60,224 nt of DNA from Aplysia californica (Eukaryota): the NCBI RefSeq assembly GCF_000002075.1, contig NW_004797278.1, forward strand, positions 1,836,831-1,897,054. Direction: 5' to 3'. Both the position numbers and the translations under genes were made by a program. This document shows, piece after piece, positions 38,273-51,147 of the stretch (position 1 is the stretch's first letter; every line of letters begins with the position of its first letter). Under the pieces are notes generated by a model. The model saw only the letters and a list, made by a program, of their open reading frames with translations, did no database searches and had not been told where the DNA came from.

Positions 38273-39144
38273 CAGTCAAACCTGCCATAACGGAAACCTG
38301 TATAAAACGGAAACCTGCCTTAAGGGAATCTCCCCGCTCCACCCTTGATATATTCCTCTTTAATTACCTGTTCAAATAAGAAACCTGTCCAACACAGAAA
38401 CGGAAAGAAAAATCTGCTCCCTTCCAAGGGTTTTACCTGTCTAAGACGGAAAATGCTTTGTCTGCTCAGGTCAGATTAGAAACAAAACTCGCAAGTTTGG
38501 TTCTGCCGGCTCTAAACTTAACGCCGTGCTGCCAGGCGAGGAAGGGGAGTACGGGTGCAATTTGAGGGTAGATGTTGCCTCATCTATGGTCAGGGTGGTG
38601 TCAGTGTGAAATCTCACGAAAGCCAGTGAAAGTGCTCCAGAGGCGCTCCATCACGGAAACTTTCATTGGTAGTCAGAGGCTAGAGGTGTGAAATTAGTTT
38701 AACCAATGCCTGCCGCCCTGATCGTACAGCCAGCCGAGAAAAGAGTTCCTCGAATCGCTGTTACATTCATGGGAGGGGTGGCATTGGCTGACTGAGCTTA
38801 TTACATCGATGGGTGGGGCTAAGGGTGGAAGTGAATGAGATGTTCAAACTTTTCTGTTTTTAATAAGTCAAACAGTGGTCCTATGAAATGCAAGCACTGG
38901 TGGTAATTGGATAAGACTGACGCATGTCATTATCAGAGAGGATAGCAGCTGAGAGGTGTGAAGTTTTGACCACTTGTGACTGCTTGCTGCCGACTGGAAA
39001 AGCGACCCTTGATCCCACCGGCTGGGCCTTTGAACCCCCCCCCCCTCCATCTCTCCATTAAATTCCCCTGTCTAAGACGGAAAATGTCTAAGACAGAATT
39101 TTTTTCTGCCTCCCTTGCGATTCCGTCTTACACAAGTTTGACTG
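38273..39144. mobile_element. TA-flanked pogo-type MITE (second copy 56248-57278)
   Basis: TA|CAGTCAAACCTG ... CAAGTTTGACTG|TA; internal ACGGAAA repeats. Confidence 0.85.
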
Positions 39145-39410
39145 TATAGTATAAAGAAAAAGGAAACATCTTAGCACCGGTCAACAAACATCTTTGCCCA
39201 CAGCTTCGGAAGCATTTCCAAGATATTCCTCCAATGTATGTGACTTTAAAATCTATGCCAGCCTCAAAGGATTGAGCAATCATCTGTTAGCTCCTTCTGG
39301 CCCCCTTCTTCAGTTAAGAGCATTGGTCTTCACAGACACATTATACTTGCTTAACCTTATCACTGGCATCGGCACTTTCTTTGCCACCTAACTGTTACTG
39401 TCAATTAAAT

Positions 39411-39815
39411 CGGCAGTTTCCGAAAACGGTCTACATGAACTCCGAAAAAAGAGAACGTGCACTCATCTTAACAAGAAGAACCTCCTGCAGTTATTAAAAC
39501 TCTTTTTGAGAAAAAAAAACGAAAAAGATTGTCCGTTATTTTACAACCACCTGCAGTCGTGACTTTGCAAGTCAGTGAAAATGGCTTCGTCAGGTCCTCG
39601 GCAGTTTCCGGAAAAGGTCTTCGCGAACCCCAGAAATACAGATGCTAAATAAAAGTGCACTAATTTTAAAAAGAAAAACCTCCTGTAGTTACCAGAACTC
39701 TTTTTCAGCCAGAAGAACATATTGTCCATTGTTTAACTTAGCACCGCCGCCGGCCGCAACTCTGCAAGTCGGTGAAAATGGCTTCATCTGGTCCTCGGCA
39801 GTTTCTGAGATTTCC
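39411..39815. repeat. ~190-bp tandem repeat (~2 units)
   Basis: cggcagtttc at ~39411, 39599 and 39796 with similar intervening sequence. Confidence 0.75.
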
Positions 39816-40096
39816 GGCAGATTTTAGGGGACAACTGTCGAAATGGTACATTTTTTTCAGCGTATGTTATAGCTTTTTCAAAGAGCTTTCCAAATATATA
39901 CTTTACTGATCTTTGTATCTATCATATGTACTCATTTCTTACTTCTAAAGGAGCATCCTTGTTCTTAAAGACTTCACCCCGACGTAAGCAAGTTTACCAT
40001 AGAAATAGGGTTAATTTCAAGAAGGGGTCACCTCCACACATAAAAAAGTAATTAAATTGCTGTATGATAAAGAGAGAAAGAAAAGGAAAAAATATA

Positions 40097-40851
40097 CAGT
40101 GAAACCTGCGTAAGACAGCCAGCCACTGTCAAGAAGAAAAGCGGCCGTATAAGACAGGTGGCCATCTTCGGCAAGACTGATCAAGATGAAGAAAACAAAC
40201 CATTCCCATCTGAGGCCCCAATCGAAAGTAGCCCCATTGTTGTTGTCGTTGTTGTTGTTGGTGGTGGTTTGCATTTCGTTTGTAATTTTAATTTTGTAGT
40301 TGATTTTGCACATGGGTGACAATAAAACGACATTTGTCTGACAAGGAAGACCGAGTGCTACGTTAAAACAAACACATGGGTCGTCACCACTCGGAGAACG
40401 AGCGACGCTTCTGTAACCAGTCCATGTTGACATCCTTTGTTACTTTGTTACAGACTGGGTAAACAGTGACCACTCATTTCACTTACGATTTGTGTATGAG
40501 CTCCGGGCAGGGCTTATGAGGGATCACACGCTTACCTCACCAGCAGCTGAAAATTGGTAGCTATCGGTCAACAGTCGGAGGGGCCTACTCAACATGATCG
40601 GTTGGAGGGACTACCTAACGAAAATTTATGACAAAACATAATAGAGTCACTAGGTGGCTGTCTAGCACAGGTGTTATTGCTTAGTGTGATAGGGGTTGTG
40701 TGTTTAATTATGGTGGCCGCAGACGCGTTGGACAGGTGCCCATTTTACACAGTTAAATTATATATAGAAAAAACGCAAGGGGGGAAATGGAAAGTGGCCG
40801 TTTGTACAGGTGGTCGTCTTATAGAGGTGCCAGTCAGGGCAGGTTTGACTG
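40097..40851. mobile_element. TA-flanked pogo-type MITE
   Basis: TA|CAGTGAAACCTGC ... GCAGGTTTGACTG|TA. Confidence 0.8.
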
Positions 40852-40921
40852 TATATATATAATTATTTACACATATAAGCTGGAACTACGAGATGTAAGA
40901 CATGCTGAGAAAAAAATGTAC

Positions 40922-41090
40922 CTTCTTTAACCTGACATTTCACACTTGGGTCATCTATCATTTGACAAACAGCTACACATGCCAGCTTAGAACCCAGAAG
41001 ACTGTGCCTTGAAGATTCTGCTGCTGGGCTGTACATCAGTGAGACTGAAAGTTCACTAGACAAGTAGGTTCCCTCTCCGAATACAGATAC
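40922..41090 (-). CDS. PARP16: PARP16 exon 4
   Basis: [22 protein letters not shown]...[27 protein letters not shown]. Confidence 0.92.
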
Positions 41091-41222
41091 CTAGAGAACA
41101 ACCACACAAGCGAAAGAATGTGAATGTTAACAGTTAAAATACAAAGCGGAGCTATCGTCTTGATCAACTTATTCCAAAAGGACAAGAGACAGAGTTCGTT
41201 TATGAATGATAAGTAGACAATA

Positions 41223-41941
41223 CAGTTAAACTTGGATAAAACAAACTCGGATTCAAGGAAAACTCAAATTCAACAAAGAGGGGAGGATTCACCATTCTTT
41301 TTAAAATTCATTAATTAAAAGCCACAAAATAACTAGGATTCAACAAACACATAAATGAACGAACTTAGAGCCCCCCCTCCCCCCGATGTGGCTTCACACA
41401 TTTCTCTTACAACTAATCTTATCTACACCTTTCCAAGCAACCATCGCTCGCACCTGCATCGTGGATCATTACACACTTAGTCTAGCCTATTGTGTACATC
41501 CTAAGCAACCAATCAGAAGCCTTCATTCACATGAACATGTGTGTTGTTGACAAACCCATAAAACATGACGTATCTTGGTATGTGCCAGGGTCAATAGAGG
41601 TCGACAGACAACAACTTAAACAGACTGTTAATGCGTATGTCTGACAGAATGGGGAGAAGGGGCGTAGGACAAGTGTTCTGGGTGTGGAACATCAGCAGAG
41701 ATACAGATACATCAGTTATATCCCCCCCCCCTTTAAGCAACTGAACAATGAAAGGCTAGCTTAGATAGATCTAAATCTATGAAATGAATTGCACCCTGGT
41801 CTGTGGAAACTAATGCTGCCGTATGATACAAAAAGGCTTTACATTGCAAAGCAACTTATTACTCACAATGTATAACAAACACTCAGATTCAAAGAAATTA
41901 AAGGTCTGGCCTTGCGATTTTGCTATATCCAAGTTTCACAG
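41223..41941. mobile_element. TA-flanked pogo-type MITE
   Basis: TA|CAGTTAAACTTGGATA ... TATCCAAGTTTCACAG|TA; related end fragment at ~51070-51146. Confidence 0.6.
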
Positions 41942-41954
41942 TACTTACCAGATA

Positions 41955-42861
41955 CAGTAGTCTCTGTTTAAGATCCCACCGCTTACGATCCAGGTTCGCT
42001 TAAGATCCTGCTGTTTAAAAAAAACAGAATTTCTACTAAAAGTCACCCCTAAGATCCCACTCTGATTCACTGTGAAGGTCTACATTCTGCTAAGATCCCG
42101 TATTTCAGATCATAATTTACGGAACAAAACTTGGGTGGTTTAGCCGATCAACCAAGAGTGAAAAGTTGAGATCATTGAACTACCTCTCGCGTCAAAGATC
42201 AGCCACTCATGTGATCGTGAACACATGCGTTGTAAAACTCGATGAAACGGTATAATGTTTGCCCCAGATGGGATCACACCGAGGTGTGAACTGACCGACA
42301 CGTTTGTTTTCGCCAAACATCGCACTCGCATCTGAGCTCTCCACCTAAACTTACATCACTCGCTGGGTGGGTAAAGCCTACAAGTTTGCTCCAGGAAGGA
42401 TCACATCGAACTGTGAACTCTCCCTGATCATTGAAGCAGTTTTCTCTATTCCTGAATTTGTGAGACAGACTGAATTTTACTTGGTGCGGTCAAAACGTAA
42501 TATAGCGTAACGACAAAGGCGTGGGAACTCGGTCAGAGATAGAAAGCTATAACTATAAATTTTGGACAGGTAAAGGGGAGGGGCAACTGGATATGCGAAG
42601 ATATTGAGACTCACGATAGGATAATGAGTGTATATTTGATTGGTCATTAAAGTTGACCACTCTTTGCTCGCCAAATGTCATAAACCCACCCAGGAGTCAC
42701 GCCAGTTCATTTTAGAGCGGTGAAAGACCATTTTACGGGTTGTGAGCCTTAACATGGGTCACTGTAGATTCTTCCTTGGGTCCGTCGGTTAAGATCCCGT
42801 TCACCTAAGATCCTGCATTTTCCTTGCTCCTGAGCACCAGGATCTTAGGCAGAGACTAATG
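41955..42861. mobile_element. TA-flanked MITE with TAAGATCC subterminal repeats
   Basis: TA|CAGTAGTCTCTGTTTAAGATCC ... GGATCTTAGGCAGAGACTAATG|TA. Confidence 0.82.
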
Positions 42862-42996
42862 TACAGGCAAAAACAATTTTCATGTCTCATGAATCCAGAA
42901 ATGGTTCCAAAGGTATGAGGGAAAGCAGGTCCAAAATGGGCTAAAAGCACTCAGAAAGTAATGAAATTAATAAAAACAAAAGAAGACATACTTTAC

Positions 42997-43200
42997 CTTG
43001 TTCAAATGAGTGTTCAGGCCATTAAGAAGAATTGAGTAAAAGTTGTCGAACCTGCTTCCATGATAAGCGAAAAAACATTTCCTTCCATTTCTCAAGTTCT
43101 CAAACTTTCTATCCATTTCATCAGTATGTACGACTTCAAACACATAGTTCGGCTCTGTGGTGTCCATTATCTGCCCTGTCATTTCTTTGACAGCTTTGAA
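42997..43200 (-). CDS. PARP16: PARP16 exon 3 (catalytic HGS motif)
   Basis: FKAVKEMTGQ...EPNYVFEV...FFAYHGSRFDNFYSILLNGLNTHLNK. Confidence 0.93.
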
Positions 43201-44963
43201 CTGAAGGGGGAAATAATTTTTAAAAGTTTAGAAGCAGAATTAGAATGTTAGGAACTTTGTTGTCTGTACATATACAATGTCTAGTACCACCAGCTATCAG
43301 ATTAAACAATAAAAAGTAACTCCATGCAACTACGGGTAGCAATACAATTTAAGTATGAGTCTGGAGGTGGAGGAAGGAAAAATGCAGGGTGTCATCATAA
43401 CTAAATATAAATGTTGCATAATATCAGTATTCACCTTTAAAAAGAAAAAACATAAACACTCAATATGTGGATACCATAATGGTTTACATTAACAGGAACA
43501 GGCTACACATAAATAACAATCAATTAATTAGTCCCAAAAAAAAGAGTCAACTAATACAAACAAGAACTACAAAAAAGTTCAGTAGTCTCCGCCTAAACTC
43601 ACGCCATACAAAGGCAGGCTCTACTCAAACGCACACTATCATCATATGACGGGTTTTTTATTATATAATTTAGATATGCAAATGCTCAGTCACCTTCCCT
43701 AATCACACGCTTCACTCCGCAAAGCTCACTGACAGTTAAAGCTTGAGCAAGCATAACAAGTTTAGACAACTGGATATTGTGAGACTGCTCCTCACACAGA
43801 ACAAAGAGAGTAATGGAGAGCATTAACCCACCTTACTGTCAATGGCCACATAGACCTAGGAATGAGAGAGCGATGTTCGGGGGGGGGGGTGATTGACAGA
43901 TGTCTTTTGACTGGTCACCCGAACTGCTTTTTTGAGAGAAAGTTTCTCACTGCTGATTGGGTGACTTAATGTTTAGAAAGTCCTTGAAAATATGATGCGC
44001 AACACACATAACTATATAGGCTATAGGATTAAAGATTATTCAAGTGATCAGCTGCGCTTGAAGAACTTAACACACTCAACGAATCACAAGAGAGAAAAGT
44101 CTCTCAGAACGTCTGATGTCCCCCATGCATTTGCCGAGTTGCAATAGATGACAGGCAGTCCGGAGTGGTTGCTAAAGCCATGTGGCTAAGTGCTCTTTCC
44201 TCCTATGACTATCACCACTAGTTTACTTTTATCTGTTCCCGACATGACGGCACGTCAGTACAGTGAGTAAGTCTTTCTGTTTTTGTTCCACCCCTCATTT
44301 AAGGTCTTTTGTAGTCAAAAACACAATCGGGAAATCCAATACAAAACAGTTAAGTTCCGTTGCATTGTACGAAAGCAACCCCCACCCCCCAAGGGAAGTC
44401 ACTAAAATGGGAGGTCACTAAAATATAAAGCAAATGAGATGGTTGCATCCCTTTACCACATTGCACAGGTTCACATAAACGTACACTAAGTAGAAGTGTG
44501 CCCATTCGACTTTACTATTCGACATTCATGATTTTTACAGCTATTTGAAGCATGGCAGAGCCATTCGAATGCCGTGTGATTTTTAAAAAAACAAATAATG
44601 GATTTTCGTCTCATTTTTCTCAAACTCAAACGTAGAGAAATTGGAGTACATTATATCTAAAATCATTAAATATACAGAAATACTCTTTATTTGATGGTTA
44701 CGAGACAGAGTGATAAGACGATCCTACAAGAGTTATAAAACAATCCTTTAGAGAATATCTCTTACCATTCAATTTTCACTCGTCACTCTATGGACTGCTC
44801 AAGCAGGGGCACATGACTCTTGAAGCGCAGTGAATGTTTTTTTTCATGAAGTTAGCTGTTGCAATGAGCTCCCCTAACCCTACTCAAAATTCGAAGCGCT
44901 ATAAACGGTGACGTGATGTCAACATGTTGTACTGTCTGCGACAACCACACACACGCACTCAGT

Positions 44964-46300
44964 CTTTCTTCTTCTTCCTCGTTCTCGATGACAGCAGCTA
45001 GACAGTCAGTCAGATGTTGCGCACAAACAGTGCAGTTCGCTTCAACTCTGAGAGACTGCCATAGAGCTTTCTCTCAAGGGGAGCCACATTCTGCCACGTC
45101 TGTGTGCGAAGGGTGGCGTGGCGCGGGCAGTGATGAAGGATATGGTTGGCATCCTCTTGGCCGTGTCCACATTCACAGATCGCTGACTCTCCCACTTTTA
45201 ATTTGGTGTGCATATGGTGTTTAAGTCTGTTGTGGCCACATCGGAGTCTAAAGATCATGACCTGGTCTGCTCTATTTAGTATGTAGTAGGGGTCATGTCT
45301 GTTGTGTTTAGGGTGGGACCTTTTCCATCTGTTTCTTAAGGCAGATTTTATTAGTGTTTTTGACTCTGAGAGATCCATGCCATCTTCAATCTGGGTCATT
45401 TTGGCTCCTTTTTTGGCTAAGTCGTCTGCTTTTTCATTTCCATGAATGCCACAGTGACTTGGTATCCACTGCAGAGTTGTGTTGGCTTGGGAGTTTAGAT
45501 CACATAGAAGTGAAAGGAGTTGTCGTACTTGAGCTGTTTGTGGCTTTTGGAGAGCTTGTAGGACAGATTTGGCATCTGTGAGGATGACGGTGTTGGCTTT
45601 AGATTTTTGGTGATTCAAGAGATTGGTGGCTGCTGTTTCAAGTGCTGATGTTTCTGCTGTGTAATTAGAAAATAGAGATCCTGTAAGGATGGAATGGATT
45701 TCTGTTGACCCATCTATCCACTCTATGTAGATACCTCCACCACCATTTCTGACTGCATCAGTTGCTGATCCATCTGTGTAAACTCGATTCCACCGGTTGC
45801 TTGGGAAGTTTCTGTCCAGGTAGTCGAGTGTCAGTGACTTGAGTATTGGAGGAGGGACTTCAGCTTTTGTGCCAAGCTTTTCTAGGTTCTCTCGAATTTG
45901 AAGGGCGTGATTAGACTGAAGGGGGTGGACTTGACACGGGTCTAGTGGGGTTGGAGATTCTTCAAGAGAGATTCCAGAGCTGGAGTGTCTGGCCATATGG
46001 AGGAAGCTTGTTCTTTTTAAGCGTTTGCTCTGGCTTTTTGAAGATGTATCCTTCATTGCATGGGTTGGCATTCTTTTGACCTTTTCCTGATGAACAATCG
46101 CTTTCAGATCACGTCTGTCATTCAGGGGTTCTAGCCCCGTTAGTGTTTCCATGACATGAATGGGCATGGATCTCATTGCTCCCGTGATGATCTGCAGATT
46201 TTGATTCTGGATTCTTGCAACTTGGTGGAAGTTGCTGTAGGATGCTGTTCCCCACACTGCGATACCATATTCCAGGACTGGGCGGACATATCCAACATAG
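44964..46300 (-). mobile_element. 5'-truncated I-group (I/Nimb/Ingi-like) non-LTR retrotransposon: end of RT, RNase H, C-terminal CCHC
   Basis: YVRPVLEYG...RIQN..LQIITGA; RNase H YTDGS / AE / LTDAKS / LQWIPSHCGIHGNEKADDLAK; CECGHGQEDANHILHHC; short 3' UTR ending (GAA)n. Confidence 0.9.
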
Positions 46301-46399
46301 GCAAGACAGTGTGATTTGCTCCCCAATCTGACCCTGCCAACTTTGTAAGCAGTGCTGTTCTTCTGTGTGCGCTCAGTGACTGGTGTTGAACAGCGCAAG

Positions 46400-46770
46400 T
46401 CAGATCTGGACTATCACAATATAAGAAAAAAAGATTCGACAGGAAATTGCGGAAGTTAGATCTGGGCTTATCTTATATAAGAAAAAACCATTCGGCGGCG
46501 CAGTGAATAGCGGAAGTTAGATCTGGGCTAATCACATATAAGAAAATACGATTCGACAGCGTTTCAAATTGCGGAATTTAGATCTGGGCTTAGCTTATAT
46601 AAGAAAAACTATTCGACAGCGTTGTGAATAGCGGAAGTTAGATCTGGGCTTATCACATGTAAGAAAAAAACATTCGACGGCGCTGTGCATAGCTAGTGAA
46701 ATTAGAGTAGCGGCATTTATGTCTGGGTTTATGTTTATCATAATATATAAGAAAAAAACATTCGATGGAG
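46400..46770. repeat. ~60-bp minisatellite, ~6 units
   Basis: TAGATCTGGGCTTATC..ATATAAGAAAAAA..ATTCGAC.GCG...GCGGAAGT repeated. Confidence 0.9.
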
Positions 46771-47039
46771 ATTTCGAATGTCATGAATAGTGAGCTCATG
46801 CTTCAAAGCTTCGATGATTTTTTGTTTATTCAAAATCACACAGCACTAACGCTTAGGAGCGCACCCAAGCACGGTGCGTTTAGGTGGACACTACTGTACT
46901 TAAAATGTCTGTCGATGTAAAATGAATAGAATAGACTCTAATGTAGTATTTTCAACTGCATGCAGAATAAAGAGTTCACACATATCTAGTAGGCCTACAA
47001 AACAGATCAATAATGCATAGAAACAAAAGAATAACTTAC

Positions 47040-47180
47040 AGCACTATCCTTTTCTCTGAGCTGTAATTTAAAATGGCCAACATTGAACAGCCATGACAGC
47101 AACGTCTGACACTCATTCGGTAAGTCTTGCAAGAACTGAGGCGTTGTAGAAAATTGGGGCACAGAAGATATCACATTTTT
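47040..47180 (-). CDS. PARP16: PARP16 exon 2
   Basis: KNVISSVPQFSTTPQFLQDLPNECQTLLSWLFNVGHFKLQLREKDSA. TTTCAG acceptor, GTAAGT donor, phase 0/0; LLSWL is typical of the PARP16 helical domain. Confidence 0.82.
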
Positions 47181-47893
47181 CTGAAAAGGAAATTCAAATA
47201 AATCAAGGTCTCAACACTAAAGTAAAGTCTAGAGATTAGAATAATTTGATCTGACAGATGTTGAAGGTCATGTTCAAAGACAAAAACAGGAACAAAAAAT
47301 GTGAGCTGATTTTTACAAGCTCGAAATGGCAGTCAACTATTGAGGTGTAATCATAATATATTAATTAACGTTTAGAGGTAAGCACACCGACAAAATACAA
47401 TGATAATAAAAATACTAGTCACTACATTACATGGTCTGTTAAATTCACCCTAATTTTGGCAGATTTTTTGTGATAGTGCTACTAACTACTATTATGGTGC
47501 AGTCAAAAATTAGTGGAGCAACTTGTTGTCAATGCAACTATCGAACATGGTTCTCCAACTTTCGCACAATGACTTAGTGCCAATTTAACAGATAACGTTT
47601 TTGTGAACACCTGCTAACAGTATTCTAGAAAATTCCTTAAAAATTATACTAAATCTAAGTGAGTGGTTTCTACAGATTTTTTAAAGTTTATAGCTGGGGC
47701 AATATCGTTTTTAAAAACAAGGCCGTCATTTTTTTCTAATCGTGACAATATGCTTATTGAATGATGCGTGTTTTGAGAAACTTTTACAGTGCAAAAATGT
47801 GTTTTATAAAAAATTAATTTCTGGTAACAAATTTCACCACTAAAAAGTGCCATTTTCCGCAAGACGGAGATATATTAAATATATAATATAATT

Positions 47894-48485
47894 AAGCCCG
47901 GTTTCCATGTGTACGTAATGCGTAGTGTGCAATACATAAAATGCGTAACGTGTATTGCCCTTTTCCATGTGTGCGTGTACATTCGTGATCTGTCAATTTG
48001 TTCTTTTGGCTGTAAACACAGTAGAGCTATGGCTATGGCTCCTTGCTTGTCTAGATATGCCAAAATGCGGAAACAGGAAGATGAGGTTGAGGACATCACA
48101 ATTATTGGACTCATGTATTCCTATCTTAGGAGAATGAGGAAAACATAACATAGGTGTTTGGTACATGAAATATTGTAACAAAGGAAAAGGTTTGGTGTGT
48201 ACCACCATCTTGTGAAAGAATTAGAACTGGACTCAGAATGACTACATCAGTACTTTCGCTTGACCAGAGAACAAATGTAGCAAGTTCTTGTCTTTACAAT
48301 TGTAAATCACCCAAGAATTTCTAGCTTCCAGAGTCCATATAGCTGTGTGATGCGTATTCGAACGATGCCTCGAACGTTCGAATACGTATCATGCATCACA
48401 GACAACACATCATGCACACATGGATACACTTTAGTTGAATTTCCATTTAAATGTTCTTTCCGCATTAGCATTGCGCACTACGCAC
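47894..48485 (+). mobile_element. PIF/Harbinger deletion derivative with N-terminal transposase remnant
   Basis: Terminus AGCCCGGTTTCCA; decayed LVHEIL*QRKRFGVYHHLVKELELDSE*LHQYFRLTREQ at ~48150-48285; inverted subterminal sequence at 48410-48485. Confidence 0.7.
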
Positions 48486-49429
48486 GGCTGTTAAGATCCC
48501 ACTGAAAGTGGTGCTTTAGTTGGTGGCCAAGCCCCGGTTTAACCCCCAGCGTGAAGATAATAAATCAGTGTTAATCGGCCACTCCCGTATTTAACAACCG
48601 TGACAATAGCGATGCCCGCCGCCATGCCTGCGTAACTCGGTTCTGGTAATTTTCATATCACTTTCCCTCGTTATTTCTCCAAATCTGATAAACTATAAAC
48701 CTAGAAGTCTGTTTAACATCTCATTTCAAAGTTCATCTTAGGACTAACTAGACGATCCCACTTTCGCTTCAGAAATCTCACTGGTGTTATAATAGCATTT
48801 ACACACTTTGCAGTACAAGTGTTTTGTTCATCTTCTTGCATTTTAAATGATATTCCATTTTGGAGTTTATTATCACAAAAACCAAACCCAAGATTTTCAC
48901 GAAATGTCAGTGCTTCCCTTGAGACAACAATACTTAAACTGTGTGAACAAGTGTTATTTGTGCAAGGCGAATGTGTGATTTTATATGATTTTTTTAAAAA
49001 GGGTACCCCTTCCCCTGTGATTCACTCGGATCTTTCATTTCTCTTCTTTTTACTTTGTCTTTAGAATTGCGTTATCTTTCCAACATTTCTCTTATTGATT
49101 TTCACAAATATTTTAGCCCAGTTAAGAAATAGAGAATAAACATACAGAGGATTCGCATTTTCAAAAGCTGCACGAATATTACAGAACTTGTGGTGGCAGA
49201 ATACTGTCAGGCAAGCAGAAGGCACAGAAAATGCGACCCCTGCAGAGTTTTAAATTTGCGTCAGACATTCTCTTGGCCTCTGGTGTAAGCATTACAATGG
49301 ACTCACAGACAGTGCATTAAAAAAACATCTGCACAGTTTTAGTGGACAGGATAAGACATAAAGTAACATTGCTATCAGGGCACTATAACCGCCTGGTTTT
49401 TCTGAAACTGCTCGTTTTCTCTGCAGTTT

Positions 49430-50378
49430 ACACCTCCCACTTATAAACATTGAACACATTAAAGTAGCACCTCTATACTTTCATTTTGTTCTGGGTGTTG
49501 TTCTGAACCACCATCGTTTGCTAGAGGCAGCGAAACACACAATAGACATACAGGTAAGTGAACAATCAGGGGAAGACTATAAAGGAGTTTAGTTGTCACT
49601 ACGCATTATGGCAAAAACTGGAGCCGTGGGGATCAAGGAACTAAATGGGGAGTTTAGACATTTAGAAGGATGCATAGCACTATCTGACTCTGAAGAGGAG
49701 AGAATTAACTTTCCAGAACAATTGACGGAGAAAGAAGACAGGTTGTCTGAGTTACGGTATGAACCCCTTAACCCTGTTCTAGCCCTATCTCATTTAGACA
49801 CCATACCTGACTCACACAACATCACACCGCAGGCATATCACAGCCACTCTTTCATTGGCAATCACTGCCACAAATACATCATGAGTCGCGTTTATAAAGA
49901 CCTCACTGCATTTATTGTAAAAGAAATAGTAGAAAACACCAACAGCCAAAACATAATTGACACCGCTTACACTCTCGGAGAAAAATTCAGTCAATTAAAC
50001 AATGCTTGTAGGGGCGTTCCCATCCACATCTCACACAGCCAACCAGTGTCAAAAGACAGACTACCACACATTGACACATGCATCAAAACTTACATGTCAT
50101 TATACGGGTGGATACAAACATATGGGTTTGGTTTGTCTTTACATGGGGAACAGGGTGGTGAACTTATCCATGCTTATGTGGCAAAACTAGAAAGAAGAGA
50201 AGCTGGGATATGTAATATCCAACAAGTAACAGCTGAAAGTAGTCATGCAATCTCAGCACTCATGTCAAATCCAGAAAGTCTATTATCCAACGTGCCTCCG
50301 ACAAAGAAAAAAAAGGTGGTTCTGCAATCAACTCTTCACTACTCCAAAACCGAGAACAAAGTGAGTTTTGATATTTGA
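49430..50378 (+). pseudogene. DDE transposase remnant, CMC (Chapaev/Mirage)-Transib/RAG1-related type
   Basis: PLINIEHIKVAPLYFHFVLG (~49437-49500), QAYHSHSFIGNHCHKY and GFGLSLHGEQGGELIHA motifs. Family assignment rests on recalled motifs only. Confidence 0.6.
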
Positions 50379-50621
50379 CCATTTCTGGTGTATTTTATCA
50401 GGGTGTCCAGCAATATTTCCCAGAAAAATTTACTACCTGGAAAAAAAATTTACTACCCAGCAAATCAAGCCCCACACCAGCTCGAAAAAGGGAGTTAATT
50501 TGCACCATCAATAACATATTATATTATTATTACATAACATATGGAACGAAAAGAACACACAACAAAGTCCAGTCGACAAAATGGAGGATAGACAGACGAT
50601 CGCAAGCTTGCTCGCAGCTAG

Positions 50622-50820
50622 ATTTAGTTTTAGTAAGGTTTTTATGGCGCTCGCAACTGCATAGGTGATATGAGCGACAAGGGGTGGATGTCAAAAGAGA
50701 AGTCCAAACGGGGAATCAAGCTTCGACTATCAAGACACCCCGGAAATAGTAGTTCACAAGCATGACAAACATACAAAAGAAATAGAGGAAAATGACGATA
50801 GTAAAGAAGAGGACAGAAAA
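50622..50820 (-). mobile_element. Second copy of the putative LINE 3' end sharing the SINE-A tail
   Basis: ggcgctcgcaactgcatagg..atatgagcg.caaggggtggatgtcaa.agagaagtcc matches ~21620-21685. Confidence 0.7.
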
Positions 50821-51147
50821 AGCATGTATGAGCATGACATTGATAAATCAGCCCATATTTACAATTCTACCGTGCATAAGAACATGTTAATATCCTCCCT
50901 TTGGGAACGGCCTAAAGACATTTCAGTCAGTAGCACTGCTCTGGTGGTGGTGGGAGGGGGAGGGGGAGTAGACACTAGTATGTTGCAGGCATTTCAGGCA
51001 CTACTTCTGATTTCTCTTACATGACCTGCTCAGTGCCAGTACTTATCTACACAAAATGTCACGTTTGCTATGGCTATAACGAACACTCAGATTCAACAAG
51101 ATTTTAGGTAAGGCCCGGCGACCTCGTTGAATCCGAGTTCCACTGCA

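Noticed and set aside
39170-39400. Coding-like segment in PARP16 intron 4
   Set aside because: No frame gave a recognisable motif; probably a decayed TE fragment that I cannot assign.
46400-46770. CRISPR-like regularly spaced repeats
   Set aside because: The inter-repeat segments are homologous to each other rather than unique spacers, there are no cas genes, and the context is a eukaryotic intron.
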